In this document: positions 10,605 through 19,000 of the stretch, piece after piece
How the letters are laid out: each line of letters opens with the position of its first letter
How positions within the stretch are numbered: the stretch's first letter is position 1
Assembly (NCBI GenBank): GCA_041666325.1
Contig: JBAYHC010000003.1
Coordinates: forward strand, 31,102 to 95,101
Source of the DNA: Patescibacteria group bacterium
GTDB taxonomy: Bacteria; Patescibacteriota; UBA1384; XYA2-FULL-43-10; 1-14-0-10-43-13
Length of the DNA: 64,000 nt
Direction: 5' to 3'
The notes under the pieces: generated by a model
Databases searched by the model: none
What the model was told of the DNA's origin: nothing
What the model saw: the letters and a program-made list of their open reading frames with translations, nothing else
Made by a program: the position numbers and the translations under genes

Positions 10605-10916
10605 TTAATAACCTAAGTAGCTCATTCTGAAGTTGATCAAGGCCTGTGCCGTCACCTCGGTAATGTCGGGAATGGCGCGCTGAAGAAACTGTTGAACGTT
10701 ATTACCATCACCCTCACTCAACAGAGTACTAAGCTCTTCGATTTTTTCCGGTGGTGTCGCCGCCAAAAGAGCAGCATGAATATGCTCCTCTACCTTCTCC
10801 CGCAAATCTTTTCTGGCCTCGAATTTGGAGTCCTCATCGAGGTCGCTTAGCGGGCTTTCTTCTATGAGTCTGTCAACAAATATCTCGAGTTCGTCTTTGT
10901 TTTCTTCCCCTGCCAT
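10605..10916 (-). CDS. Small acidic helical protein, DUF5663-like
   Basis: MAGEENKDELEIFVDRLIEE...FLQRAIPDITEVTAQALINFRMSYLG; AAAGGA RBS. Confidence 0.75.
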   Translation of the reverse strand: MAGEENKDELEIFVDRLIEESPLSDLDEDSKFEARKDLREKVEEHIHAALLAATPPEKIEELSTLLSEGDGNNVQQFLQRAIPDITEVTAQALINFRMSYLGY

Positions 10917-11095
10917 AGCCATTCCTTTCGTAAATAGATATTTACTCAAAAAATCAGTCTGCTGCGAGATCTTTTTATCATTATACTGATGAATCAGTTA
11001 TCGTAATAGTAGCTGTCTATCCGCCATGACCATAACTATCGATTTATTTGTCTAGAACATTATTTATTGGTACTTTTGCATCCGATGTTTTTGAA

Positions 11096-11158
11096 TAAAA
11101 AAGAGGCCCGGTGCGACTCGCTCTACCATGGGGTAGAATGAGTCATTGCACCGGGCCG
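11096..11158 (-). terminator. Long intrinsic terminator hairpin
   Basis: GGCCCGGTGC...GCACCGGGCC stem followed by TCTTTTTT on minus strand. Confidence 0.7.
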
Positions 11159-11197
11159 TGTCATAGGCACAGAACCTTTCTTGGGACCAGCGGGCCC

Positions 11198-12247
11198 CTA
11201 GCCGAAGAAGAAGAATCTGGCGTCCGGCCACCACAGCACGTTCAGCACCGCGAGGGCGAAGATGACGACACCGACGACGATGAGGATCCGAACCCACCTC
11301 GGGATACGTCCGATCCCCATGACCCATTCACTGATGCCGTAGGCGATGCTGGCTGCGAGGAGAAATCCCAGCCCCAGCTTGAAGATGCCCCAGAGCCACT
11401 CCCAGATGGTTCGGCCAGAGCCGGAATCCGGACTAGCCGGTGGGGCTCCTGCCCCGGGCGCGGGTGCGCCGGGCGCCGGTGCTGCTCCGGGTGTTCCGGG
11501 CGTGGGCGTACCAGGTGCCGGGACCACCACGGCAGGCAAATCATACCGCCCAGCGGGCGGAGACGGCCGACCGGTCTCAGCTTCGAGCAACCGCACCCGA
11601 TCATCGAGCGCCTTGTCGTTGAACTGCAACCTCCCTATCTCCCTCTTCCGGTTGCGGTTTGCCTGTTCCAGGCTCGCTACTCTGTCTTTGAGCCGAGAGA
11701 CAGACTGCGACAGCGCATTGAGCCGAAGCTCGAACTTGGCTGCCCAGCGTGCCACCTCGACCCTGACCATCTGCCGGATACTGGCGATCGAAGCGCCGAA
11801 GCGCTGGCCGGCCGACTGGTGTCGGCTGCTGCCGCGCCAGGCATGGCGGCGGCGCTCGGCGTAACGGCGCTTGTCGTAGCGCTTGCCGCCGGCGGTGACG
11901 CCGGTATTGCCACTAGACGGGGCCAGGGCGGCCGAAGGCCGCTTGGCGGGCGAGGTGGTCGTGACCGGCGGTGTACCGGAGCCCGGCCAATCCGGATCGG
12001 GTGCCGTGACCTCCGTGCCCGGGGCAGGTGCCGGCGACGTTGCCGTCGCAGGCGTAGCCTCTGCCGGAGCCGAAGCCTCGGCAGGCGCCTGCGGCGCGGC
12101 TGGCTTCTCGGGCTCGGTCGGCGCCTGGGGCGCGGATCCACCGTCCTCGGTGTAGACCTCGACGGCGCCCGGCGCCGCCATGGCGCCAATGTTGATCGAA
12201 GCGAACACGAGTGCGGCCACGAGGGCCGCCGCGAACAATACCTTCAC
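11198..12247 (-). CDS. GC-rich Pro/Ala-rich surface/membrane protein (signal peptide, coiled coil, two C-terminal TM helices)
   Basis: GTG start at 12247 (VKVLFAAALVAALVFASINIGAMA) after GAGGGGAG RBS; C-terminal hydrophobic helices. Confidence 0.75.
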   Translation of the reverse strand: MKVLFAAALVAALVFASINIGAMAAPGAVEVYTEDGGSAPQAPTEPEKPAAPQAPAEASAPAEATPATATSPAPAPGTEVTAPDPDWPGSGTPPVTTTSPAKRPSAALAPSSGNTGVTAGGKRYDKRRYAERRRHAWRGSSRHQSAGQRFGASIASIRQMVRVEVARWAAKFELRLNALSQSVSRLKDRVASLEQANRNRKREIGRLQFNDKALDDRVRLLEAETGRPSPPAGRYDLPAVVVPAPGTPTPGTPGAAPAPGAPAPGAGAPPASPDSGSGRTIWEWLWGIFKLGLGFLLAASIAYGISEWVMGIGRIPRWVRILIVVGVVIFALAVLNVLWWPDARFFFFG

Positions 12248-12409
12248 GGTCGTACTCCCCTCTTCTGCCGCCCTTACGGGACGGCGCTTTCGCCGGCCCT
12301 GATGGGCGGCTCGAAGGACCATTTGAATCTGGCCTTCTGGCAATTGAATCCGGCTTTGGCGTTACTTCGCCAGCGCAGATACAATGTGTCAAAAGACAAC
12401 CTTACCCCT

Positions 12410-12579
12410 TAAAAAAATGCGACAATGTGTTGCACGGCTACGTACAGGCGGAGGGGGAACCTGTATTCCATCCCGACAAGTCGGGGGAGGAAGAGCCGTG
12501 CAACACGCTGTCGCACATACACATAATCGACTAACCTTGAAAGTGCCTGCTCCAATTCACCTTCAAGGAGAATAGCATC
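12410..12579 (-). ncRNA. Candidate structured small RNA, copy 1 of tandem pair
   Basis: 5' hairpin, three-way junction with loop UUCCCCCUCCG, long closing stem GTGTTGCACGGCT/AGCCGTGCAACAC, 3' U tract. Confidence 0.6.
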
Positions 12580-12584
12580 AGTCC

Positions 12585-12745
12585 AAAGAAAAAGGGCAAC
12601 ACTGCGCTGTATAACCCACCATAGGCGGAGGGGGAACCTACGTCCCTACCCCGATAAATCGGGAAGGGAAGAGATTATACAGCGCGCTGCTGCCCTAAAT
12701 TGTCAAATGCTTTCTGGCGGCATGTGGTATCTCACCGTCAGAACA
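12585..12745 (-). ncRNA. Candidate structured small RNA, copy 2 of tandem pair
   Basis: Same architecture and identical AGGTTCCCCCTCCGCCT core, different but paired stems, 3' U tract. Confidence 0.6.
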
Positions 12746-12749
12746 TAGC

Positions 12750-12778
12750 ATTGTATCATATTTTAAAGAGCTTGTCAA
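12750..12778 (-). promoter_or_regulatory. Sigma70-type promoter
   Basis: TTGACA-17 nt-TACAAT with extended -10 TG. Confidence 0.7.
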
Positions 12779-12921
12779 TAGCTAACGCATTCTTGGCTTT
12801 TGTTTTCGATCTACCCATAGAATAACACATTTTCGGCAAAAACTAAAGACCCCTCGATCGAGAAAATCAGTATTTTATTGTTTACCAGACTAGATAACAA
12901 GCAAATGAATAGTTAACGGTG

Positions 12922-14199
12922 CTAGGTTTGCCGCAACTCTTTCACTAGGGAGAGGTAGACATAAAGGTTATGTATGGTGGTGAGCCTAATGCCTGAGATT
13001 TCATTTGACCGCAAAAGATGGGCAATGTACGCCCGCGAAAAACCACCATTGTCAGCCTCCGCTCGATCTGAGCTGCGGCCGATCTCGCCTCGACTATTGG
13101 ACTCCATCGGTGCTCGACAGACAGGACAACTACAATCTGAATCAATCACATCAGGATCTTCGCGAAACCCAGAGTTCAGCAAATTGACCAATGCATACCG
13201 TTCTTCATCCTTTGTCCAGTTGTTTTTCGTTCTTTTCTGGACGTAAACACTGCCATGTCGCGCCAATCGAGTTGGCAGAACGCAATCGAACATATCCATG
13301 CCAAGTCTGGCCGCTTGGATAATATCATCCGGGGTGCCAACTCCCATGAGATAGCGCTGCTTGTTCTCGGGCAAAATTTCCCCCATCAGCTTAACCGTCT
13401 GCCACATATTGCGGGTTTCGAGGTCAACAGCCAAGCCACCGACTGAATAGCCATCAAAATCCATCTCGATTAATTTTTTGGCACAATCCCGTCTTAGTCC
13501 CTCATCCATTCCGCCCTGAACAATACCATGCAGCATGGGACGAATTGTGAATTTTGAATCATTAATCATGGGCTTGCCATTCTGCGACTCATGCATAATT
13601 CTTGATTCTTGATTCTTGATTCTTGATTCAAAATAGCGTTTTGCCCGTTCGGCCCATCTGATGGTTAATTCTGTTGCATGCTTAATTTCGTTGTAAGATG
13701 CTTTCCCGCTTGGGCAAACATCAAGCGGCATAAGAATATCTACGCCCAAATCAAGCTGGATCTGTATCACCTTCTCCGGAGTGAAAAAATGCTTGGACCC
13801 ATCAAGATGAGACTTGAACTCAACACCATCCTCAGTAATCTTTACTAGCGACTTGTCGCCATTGATTTTGTTCTTGCCCCGAGAATTGTGTCCCGAACCG
13901 AGACTGAAGACCTGGTATCCGCCAGAATCAGTCAAAATCGGCCCGTTCCAGCGCATGAAATCATGCAGGCCACCCAAACTCTTGATCATCTGCTCGCCAG
14001 GACGAAGGTAGAGATGGTAAGTGTTGGACAAAATAATGTTTGCGCCAACGCTTTTTAATTCGTTTGGCAACATCCCTTTGACACTACCGACCGTTCCCAC
14101 AGGCATAAAAAACGGCGTTGGGATAATACCGTGAGGTGTCTCGAGCTCGCCCACCCGAACGCCGCTCTCTAATTTTTTGATGAGTCTAAATTGAGTCAT
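12922..14199 (-). CDS. tgt: tRNA-guanine transglycosylase (queuine tRNA-ribosyltransferase)
   Basis: TPFFMPVGT, NTYHLYLRPG, TDSGGYQVFSL, DMFDCVLPTR, CSCPVC...H zinc site; start MTQFRL. Confidence 0.97.
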   Translation of the reverse strand: MTQFRLIKKLESGVRVGELETPHGIIPTPFFMPVGTVGSVKGMLPNELKSVGANIILSNTYHLYLRPGEQMIKSLGGLHDFMRWNGPILTDSGGYQVFSLGSGHNSRGKNKINGDKSLVKITEDGVEFKSHLDGSKHFFTPEKVIQIQLDLGVDILMPLDVCPSGKASYNEIKHATELTIRWAERAKRYFESRIKNQESRIMHESQNGKPMINDSKFTIRPMLHGIVQGGMDEGLRRDCAKKLIEMDFDGYSVGGLAVDLETRNMWQTVKLMGEILPENKQRYLMGVGTPDDIIQAARLGMDMFDCVLPTRLARHGSVYVQKRTKNNWTKDEERYALVNLLNSGFREDPDVIDSDCSCPVCRAPMESNSRGEIGRSSDRAEADNGGFSRAYIAHLLRSNEISGIRLTTIHNLYVYLSLVKELRQT

Positions 14200-14241
14200 A
14201 TGAGTATTTGTCACTAAGGAGATCGTTATTGCCCACTTGTT

Positions 14242-14311
14242 ATCATCCCGAGTAATGCATATCGAAATCAAGGAATCCCTCCACTCTCGCAATCACACAG
14301 GTCGGGATGAC
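14242..14311. repeat. REP-like palindromic element (TCATCC...GGATGAC family)
   Basis: tcatcccga ... tcgggatgac terminal inverted repeat. Confidence 0.5.
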
Positions 14312-14341
14312 AGGCAAAGGGTTTATACAGCGCATTATATC

Positions 14342-14367
14342 AAAAAAGCCCGGTTTAGGCTTTTTTG
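14342..14367. terminator. Intrinsic terminator after rplL
   Basis: AAAAAAGCC CGGTTTA GGCTTTTTT. Confidence 0.6.
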
Positions 14368-14399
14368 ACCCCCTTCTACTTTCTACTATCCACCATCTA

Positions 14400-14894
14400 C
14401 TACTTGAGCTCAACAGTAGCACCAGCAGCTTCAAGCTTGGCTTTAGCAGCCTCAGCTTCTTCTTTCTTGACACCCTTCAAAAGTTCCTTTGGTGCACCTT
14501 CAACCAAGTCCTTGGCTTCTTTGAGTCCAAGGTCTGGCTTGATTTCACGAACGGCCTTGATTGCATTGATCTTCTGAGCACCGCCGTTGGCGAGAATTAC
14601 ATCAAAGATGGTTTTCTCTTCAACGGGAGCGGCAGCACCAGCTGTAGCGGCACCAACCATAGCGACAGGGGCAGCAGCTGAAACGCCAAAGCGATCTTCA
14701 AGAGCCTTAACAAGCTCGGAAAGCTCGAGTACTGACAAAGTTTCGATCTGCTTGATAAGATCAGCAAACTTGCCGGATACTTCTGCCCTAGCTTCCTCTT
14801 TTGTTTCCTCTGCTAGTTTGTCTGCCACAACCTCGGTTGAGGTGGGATCTTCTGCAACAGCAGCGGTTTCTTCAGTTTTTTCTTCTTCGGCCAT
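14400..14894 (-). CDS. rplL: 50S ribosomal protein L7/L12 with acidic N-terminal extension
   Basis: [44 protein letters not shown]. Confidence 0.97.
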   Translation of the reverse strand: MAEEEKTEETAAVAEDPTSTEVVADKLAEETKEEARAEVSGKFADLIKQIETLSVLELSELVKALEDRFGVSAAAPVAMVGAATAGAAAPVEEKTIFDVILANGGAQKINAIKAVREIKPDLGLKEAKDLVEGAPKELLKGVKKEEAEAAKAKLEAAGATVELK

Positions 14895-14975
14895 ATTTTC
14901 CTTTCTTTTGCATTGCGACACAGATGGCGCAAATTCATACGAATTATGCGAACATCCGCATCGCTCTACTGATAA

Positions 14976-15497
14976 TTAACTAATTGATTCTTTTCTCGCA
15001 TTAATAACGTTGACCAGTCCGCGAATGTTTGCGGCCAAAACGTTAACCATACCTGAAAGAGGTGCAGCAACTGTACCAACAAACCTGGCATAAAGCTCTT
15101 CCTTGGAAGGCAGGCTTGCCAGTTGCGTCACTGAAGCTTTGTCAATGTAGTGATTCTCAAGAACGCCACCCAAGATCTCAAGAGCTTCGTGCTCTTTGGC
15201 AAAGTTGTAAAGCTCTTTAGCTGCAGCAACTTCATCGTTGCGGGAAAAAGCAATAGCAATCGGTTTCTTGAAAACTTCCTCATTGAGAGTAATACCTTGA
15301 TTCTCTAGGGCCCGACGCAACAACGAAATCTTGGCAACCCTAAAATCAACATTCTGGGAACGGAGGATCTTTCTCAATTTTTCCGTTTCGGAAACCTTAA
15401 GCCCCTTATAATCAACAACCACAGCGGCTTTCATGGATGATAGCTCATCATTAAACTCTTGTAGCTGGACTTCCTTCTGCTCTCTTGTTTTGGCCAT
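14976..15497 (-). CDS. rplJ: 50S ribosomal protein L10
   Basis: VVDYKGLKV, VAKISLLRRA, LASLPSKEEL; directly upstream of rplL. Confidence 0.96.
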   Translation of the reverse strand: MAKTREQKEVQLQEFNDELSSMKAAVVVDYKGLKVSETEKLRKILRSQNVDFRVAKISLLRRALENQGITLNEEVFKKPIAIAFSRNDEVAAAKELYNFAKEHEALEILGGVLENHYIDKASVTQLASLPSKEELYARFVGTVAAPLSGMVNVLAANIRGLVNVINARKESIS

Positions 15498-15519
15498 CCG
15501 ACTCCTTTCAGTCGTCACT

Positions 15520-15617
15520 CCTACAAAATTACAAATAAATCGAAATTACGAAATTACAAATAAATTCATTAAACATTCGTAATTTTGTATTTTCGTGAAG
15601 ATTCGTACTTTCGCAGG
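15520..15617. mobile_element. Empty copy of the TACGAA-unit palindrome that flanks the GxxExxY gene
   Basis: ctacaaaattacaaataaatcgaaattacgaaattacaaat [~13 nt] attcgtaattttgtattttcgtgaagattcgtactttcgcag. Confidence 0.7.
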
Positions 15618-15631
15618 TGATTCGGTTATTT

Positions 15632-15843
15632 AAAAAATGCGGGCAAACCCGCAGACTTCCGTATTTAGCAAATCGTATTGCGTATTTCGAAAAACGAGAT
15701 ACGAACTGCGAATCACCATCTACGAACACATCCTCGGCAGGTAATTAAGCCGGATCCGTATTTCGTGGACCGTATTGCGTATTTCGAAAAACGAGATACG
15801 AACTACGAGTCACTATTTACGAACCAGCGCCTGCTGTCTGCGG
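15632..15843 (-). promoter_or_regulatory. L10 leader (rplJL autoregulatory RNA) with a duplicated insert in both variable stems
   Basis: CCGCAGACAGCAGG...TTAATTACCTGCCGAGG...GTCTGCGG matches the L10-leader pattern; 34-nt identical repeat at 15674-15707 and 15771-15804. Confidence 0.8.
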
Positions 15844-15887
15844 ATAAGACAAACAAATATTATCAAATTATGTTCTAAACGTCAATA

Positions 15888-16026
15888 GGGCTGGTAAGGC
15901 AGTGGGGCCAGTCAAGCGGTTAAGCTCATAAAGTCATAAGGCCGTAAGGAGAAAAAGACTATTATTACTCTACTGTTCTACTAGCTTTACTGCCTTACTG
16001 GCCTTACTGCTCTATTGCCTTACCGT
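15888..16026. repeat. Imperfect palindrome of GTAAGG / CCTTAC tandem units
   Basis: gtaaggcagt...taaggccgtaagg versus ctttactgccttactggccttactg...gccttacc. Confidence 0.6.
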
Positions 16027-16027
16027 C

Positions 16028-16825
16028 CTACTTGCCCTTAACCTTAATGCTTGGCCCCATCGTGGTTGAGACATAAATAGACTCGAGGCGCTTTGGCAGA
16101 TGACTCATGAGGGCATCATAGTTCTCCCTGATCCGATCGATACCAAACGAAATCTTGCCAATGGGCATGTGAACAATATTGAATTTATCAGCACGAAACT
16201 CAACTCGGCCACGCTTCAACTCTTCGATCGCCTCTTCAACATTTTCTACGGCTGTCCCAGCCTTAGGTGATGGCATCAAGCCCTTGGGACCAAGGGTCTT
16301 TGCTAGTTGGGCCAACTTTGGCATCACTTTGAGGTCTGCGATCATGACATCAAAGTCAATGTCACCCTTTTTCACCTTAGCGATAATCTCTTCAACATTC
16401 TTGTCATTTGCGGCCAAGATACGCTTCTCCTTGACAACGCCACCGGTAAGGATGAGCGTGCCACGGATATTCTTCTCCTTGGAGTTGATTTTGACGTGAG
16501 CCTCAACAGTCGCATCAAACTTTGTCGGCGAGGTCTTGGTTGCCAATTCAAGCGCTTCTGAAATTGGATACTCTTTCCCCTTCTCAACCTGCTCAGCCAA
16601 GCTTCTGTACTTCTTGCCATGACGAGGCTTCTTTCGAACTTGAACGACTTTCTCCTCTTTGGATTTTCGCTCTTCTTTTTCTGCCTCTTTCTCAGCGGCT
16701 TTGCGTTCTTCCTTCTCAATCTCCTCTTGAGCCTTGCGCTCCTTCTCGCGCTCCTCAGCAGCCTTTAGGTCCTCTTTTTCGTCAGCAATCTCTTCGCCGA
16801 CATCCTTAACGTTTCTCTGTGCCAT
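16028..16825 (-). CDS. rplA: 50S ribosomal protein L1 with charged N-terminal extension
   Basis: TKFDATVE, LGPKGLMPSPKAGT, GRVEFRADK, STTMGPSIK. Confidence 0.95.
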   Translation of the reverse strand: MAQRNVKDVGEEIADEKEDLKAAEEREKERKAQEEIEKEERKAAEKEAEKEERKSKEEKVVQVRKKPRHGKKYRSLAEQVEKGKEYPISEALELATKTSPTKFDATVEAHVKINSKEKNIRGTLILTGGVVKEKRILAANDKNVEEIIAKVKKGDIDFDVMIADLKVMPKLAQLAKTLGPKGLMPSPKAGTAVENVEEAIEELKRGRVEFRADKFNIVHMPIGKISFGIDRIRENYDALMSHLPKRLESIYVSTTMGPSIKVKGK

Positions 16826-16836
16826 TTTTCTCCTAT

Positions 16837-16871
16837 GTGGTACGAGCGCCCCGATACATCAGGGCTCCCAC
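16837..16871 (-). promoter_or_regulatory. L1-binding leader hairpin (23S rRNA mimic) upstream of rplA
   Basis: GTGGGAGCCCTGATGTATCGGGGCGCTCGTACCAC has the GGGAG-stem-GCG...ACC pattern of L1 operator sites, adjacent to the RBS. Confidence 0.7.
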
Positions 16872-16993
16872 AAATTAATAATACCCGGCCAGTATAACAC
16901 ATTTACGATCGGATTTCAACGTAGGTGCCTGGACAAAATACTGATTCTGGTGTATGGTAATCAAGGGTCAGTAAAAGACCGGAAGGGGGATTT

Positions 16994-18310
16994 GTGCCTA
17001 ACTACAGACACCACATCCGCGTACTAGATGACATATTCCGCGAACAATTCCGACCGCTCCCAATAGATTGGAACATGGGATTGAGATCAGAATACTTTGC
17101 CAGGCCAGGAAAAGCGCTTCGGCCAGCATTTTTCTACGCTTCATACTTGACATTTAGTGACCCGGACCGAAGATGGCTCGGATACAGCCAGCAAGCACTT
17201 TCGCCCTTACAGGACACGGATATCAGGAGAGAGCTTAAATTCCCGCTACTTTGGGAAATTGCCAATGCGCTCGAATGGCTCCATCTGGGGATCATGGCGG
17301 TAGACGATGCGATCGATCACGGTGAGCACCGCAGGGGTGGTACGTCTCTGTATCGGTTATTTGAAGAACATTTCCGGGAAAGGATCTACCACTTACCAAA
17401 GGAACGCGGCGAGTACACCATATCACCGGTGGCTGCCGTAGTTAATACGTTGACCTGGAACATGGTTGATCTGTGGGAGAGAGTTGTTTGGGTCAATGGT
17501 CAACCACTTGAGAGCTTCAATATCGCTGGTCAAGCGCTTCTGATGCCTAACGGCCGAGAGGGCCACTATGATTTTGACCACCAGCCAGCAACACACGACA
17601 TTTTCGGCCATCTCCAGAGAGTGATCAGTTCGGTTGCAGGCTGGAAAACGCACGAAAAGTCGACCCTGCAGTTGATGCAGGAGATTTACTTAACTGCCCT
17701 GCAAGAAACGCTCGATGGTGAGAAAAAGGATATTGAGTGGTCTAGTCGACCTGATTTTCCAACCATCGACGAATTGTTCCAAATCCAAGACGGCAAAACC
17801 TCCTGGTATTCGGTTATTCTGCCACTCTCACTTGGAGCAATACTAGGGCAAGGTGAGAACAAGGCAGAAATACTGAGAGCGTTGTATGATCTGGGGATCT
17901 GGTTTGGGAGAGCATTTCAGATTATTGACGACATGCTCATTATTGAAGCCCCAGACAAAGCCGGCAAGGATACCCGGTCCGACTTGGCTAATGGCTCAAA
18001 AACAACCGTCATCATCCTCCAGGGAGAGATGATGGCAGAGCCAGAGCGCCAAGAGTGGGCAGATCTGTTGGATTTGTGCAAGACCTCTGCGGAGGCCCAA
18101 GGCAAGGCCATCCGGATCATAGAGAACAGTGGCGTAATTAACCGCTGCCAACAAGTTGCTGCCGAGTGTGTAGCACATTGTGACTCTGCGCTAGCAACTA
18201 TCGAGAGCCTTGGCTATGACTCCAACCTTCTGAGACAATTAGTCAGAGATGGGCTTCATTGGATGGATGATGCAAAGATTGACACGATTGACAAACCAAA
18301 ACCGGGCTAG
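16994..18310 (+). CDS. Polyprenyl diphosphate synthase family protein (divergent, with insertions)
   Basis: GKALRP, FARM DDAIDHGEHRRG, GKTSWYS, FQIIDDML, GKDTRSDLANGSKT. Confidence 0.85.
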   Translation: MPNYRHHIRVLDDIFREQFRPLPIDWNMGLRSEYFARPGKALRPAFFYASYLTFSDPDRRWLGYSQQALSPLQDTDIRRELKFPLLWEIANALEWLHLGIMAVDDAIDHGEHRRGGTSLYRLFEEHFRERIYHLPKERGEYTISPVAAVVNTLTWNMVDLWERVVWVNGQPLESFNIAGQALLMPNGREGHYDFDHQPATHDIFGHLQRVISSVAGWKTHEKSTLQLMQEIYLTALQETLDGEKKDIEWSSRPDFPTIDELFQIQDGKTSWYSVILPLSLGAILGQGENKAEILRALYDLGIWFGRAFQIIDDMLIIEAPDKAGKDTRSDLANGSKTTVIILQGEMMAEPERQEWADLLDLCKTSAEAQGKAIRIIENSGVINRCQQVAAECVAHCDSALATIESLGYDSNLLRQLVRDGLHWMDDAKIDTIDKPKPG

Positions 18311-18326
18311 CGCCCGGCCTTTTTTT
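18302..18326 (+). terminator. Intrinsic terminator
   Basis: CCGGGC TAGC GCCCGG CC TTTTTT. Confidence 0.7.
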
Positions 18327-18347
18327 GTGTGAAAAACAATAGGCAAT

Positions 18348-18968
18348 TCAAACCACGTGTAACGTATGATCTGGCAACTGCTCTTCTCGACCCAGGATGA
18401 AAGGCAGGGCATAAGTGACTGTTTCTGCAATTATCTTTTGAATGATTGGCTCTTCACGGTCTGAAAAATTTGATAAAACAAGCTCCTTGGTCTCGAGTGG
18501 ACGCTCGGGGGGATCAGATTCCGTCGGATCGCCGCTGAATTCGGAGATACCGATGCGGATTCGCACGAACTTATCCGTACCCAGAATGTCAATAATATTT
18601 TGCAAGCCCTTTTGCCCCGCGCTACTTCCCTCCCGCCTGATTCTGGCCTGTCCAACAGGCAAATCCTTGTCATCCAGCACAACAACCAGATCATCGATGT
18701 CAACCTTGTAATATGACAAAATCGCGGCAACTGCTTTGCCCGACAGATTCATGAATGTTTGCGGCTTAGCAATAATGACTTTATCTCCAGCAACAGTCGT
18801 TTCAGCTATCTCTGATTCGAATTTGTTGTTAAGGGAAAAGGAAAGTCCGCCGCCAACCGGAGATAGTTCTGGTCGAATGATTAGCTCATCAACAAAACGG
18901 AAGCCGCAGTTGTGGCGCGTCTTTGTATACTCTTTGCCCGGATTACCTAAACCAACAATTATTTTCAT
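18348..18968 (-). CDS. pth: Peptidyl-tRNA hydrolase
   Basis: IVGLGNPGKEYTKTRHNCGF, KPQTFMNLSG, RIRIGI. Confidence 0.96.
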   Translation of the reverse strand: MKIIVGLGNPGKEYTKTRHNCGFRFVDELIIRPELSPVGGGLSFSLNNKFESEIAETTVAGDKVIIAKPQTFMNLSGKAVAAILSYYKVDIDDLVVVLDDKDLPVGQARIRREGSSAGQKGLQNIIDILGTDKFVRIRIGISEFSGDPTESDPPERPLETKELVLSNFSDREEPIIQKIIAETVTYALPFILGREEQLPDHTLHVV

Positions 18969-19000
18969 CTCGCTCCTATAAAACTACTCCCTCACCGAAA

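Noticed and set aside
11111-12412. 433-aa plus-strand ORF and other overlapping ORFs
   Set aside because: Antisense or alternate-frame shadows of the GC-rich minus-strand gene, which has an RBS, signal peptide and TM helices
12440-12645. CsrA/RsmA-binding GGA loops on the plus strand
   Set aside because: Wobble pairs, promoter and U tracts all point to the minus strand
15658-15825. Possible mini-CRISPR (34-nt repeat x2); likewise 48690-48781
   Set aside because: Only two units, flanks are also similar, no cas genes; the first is explained as inserts in the L10 leader
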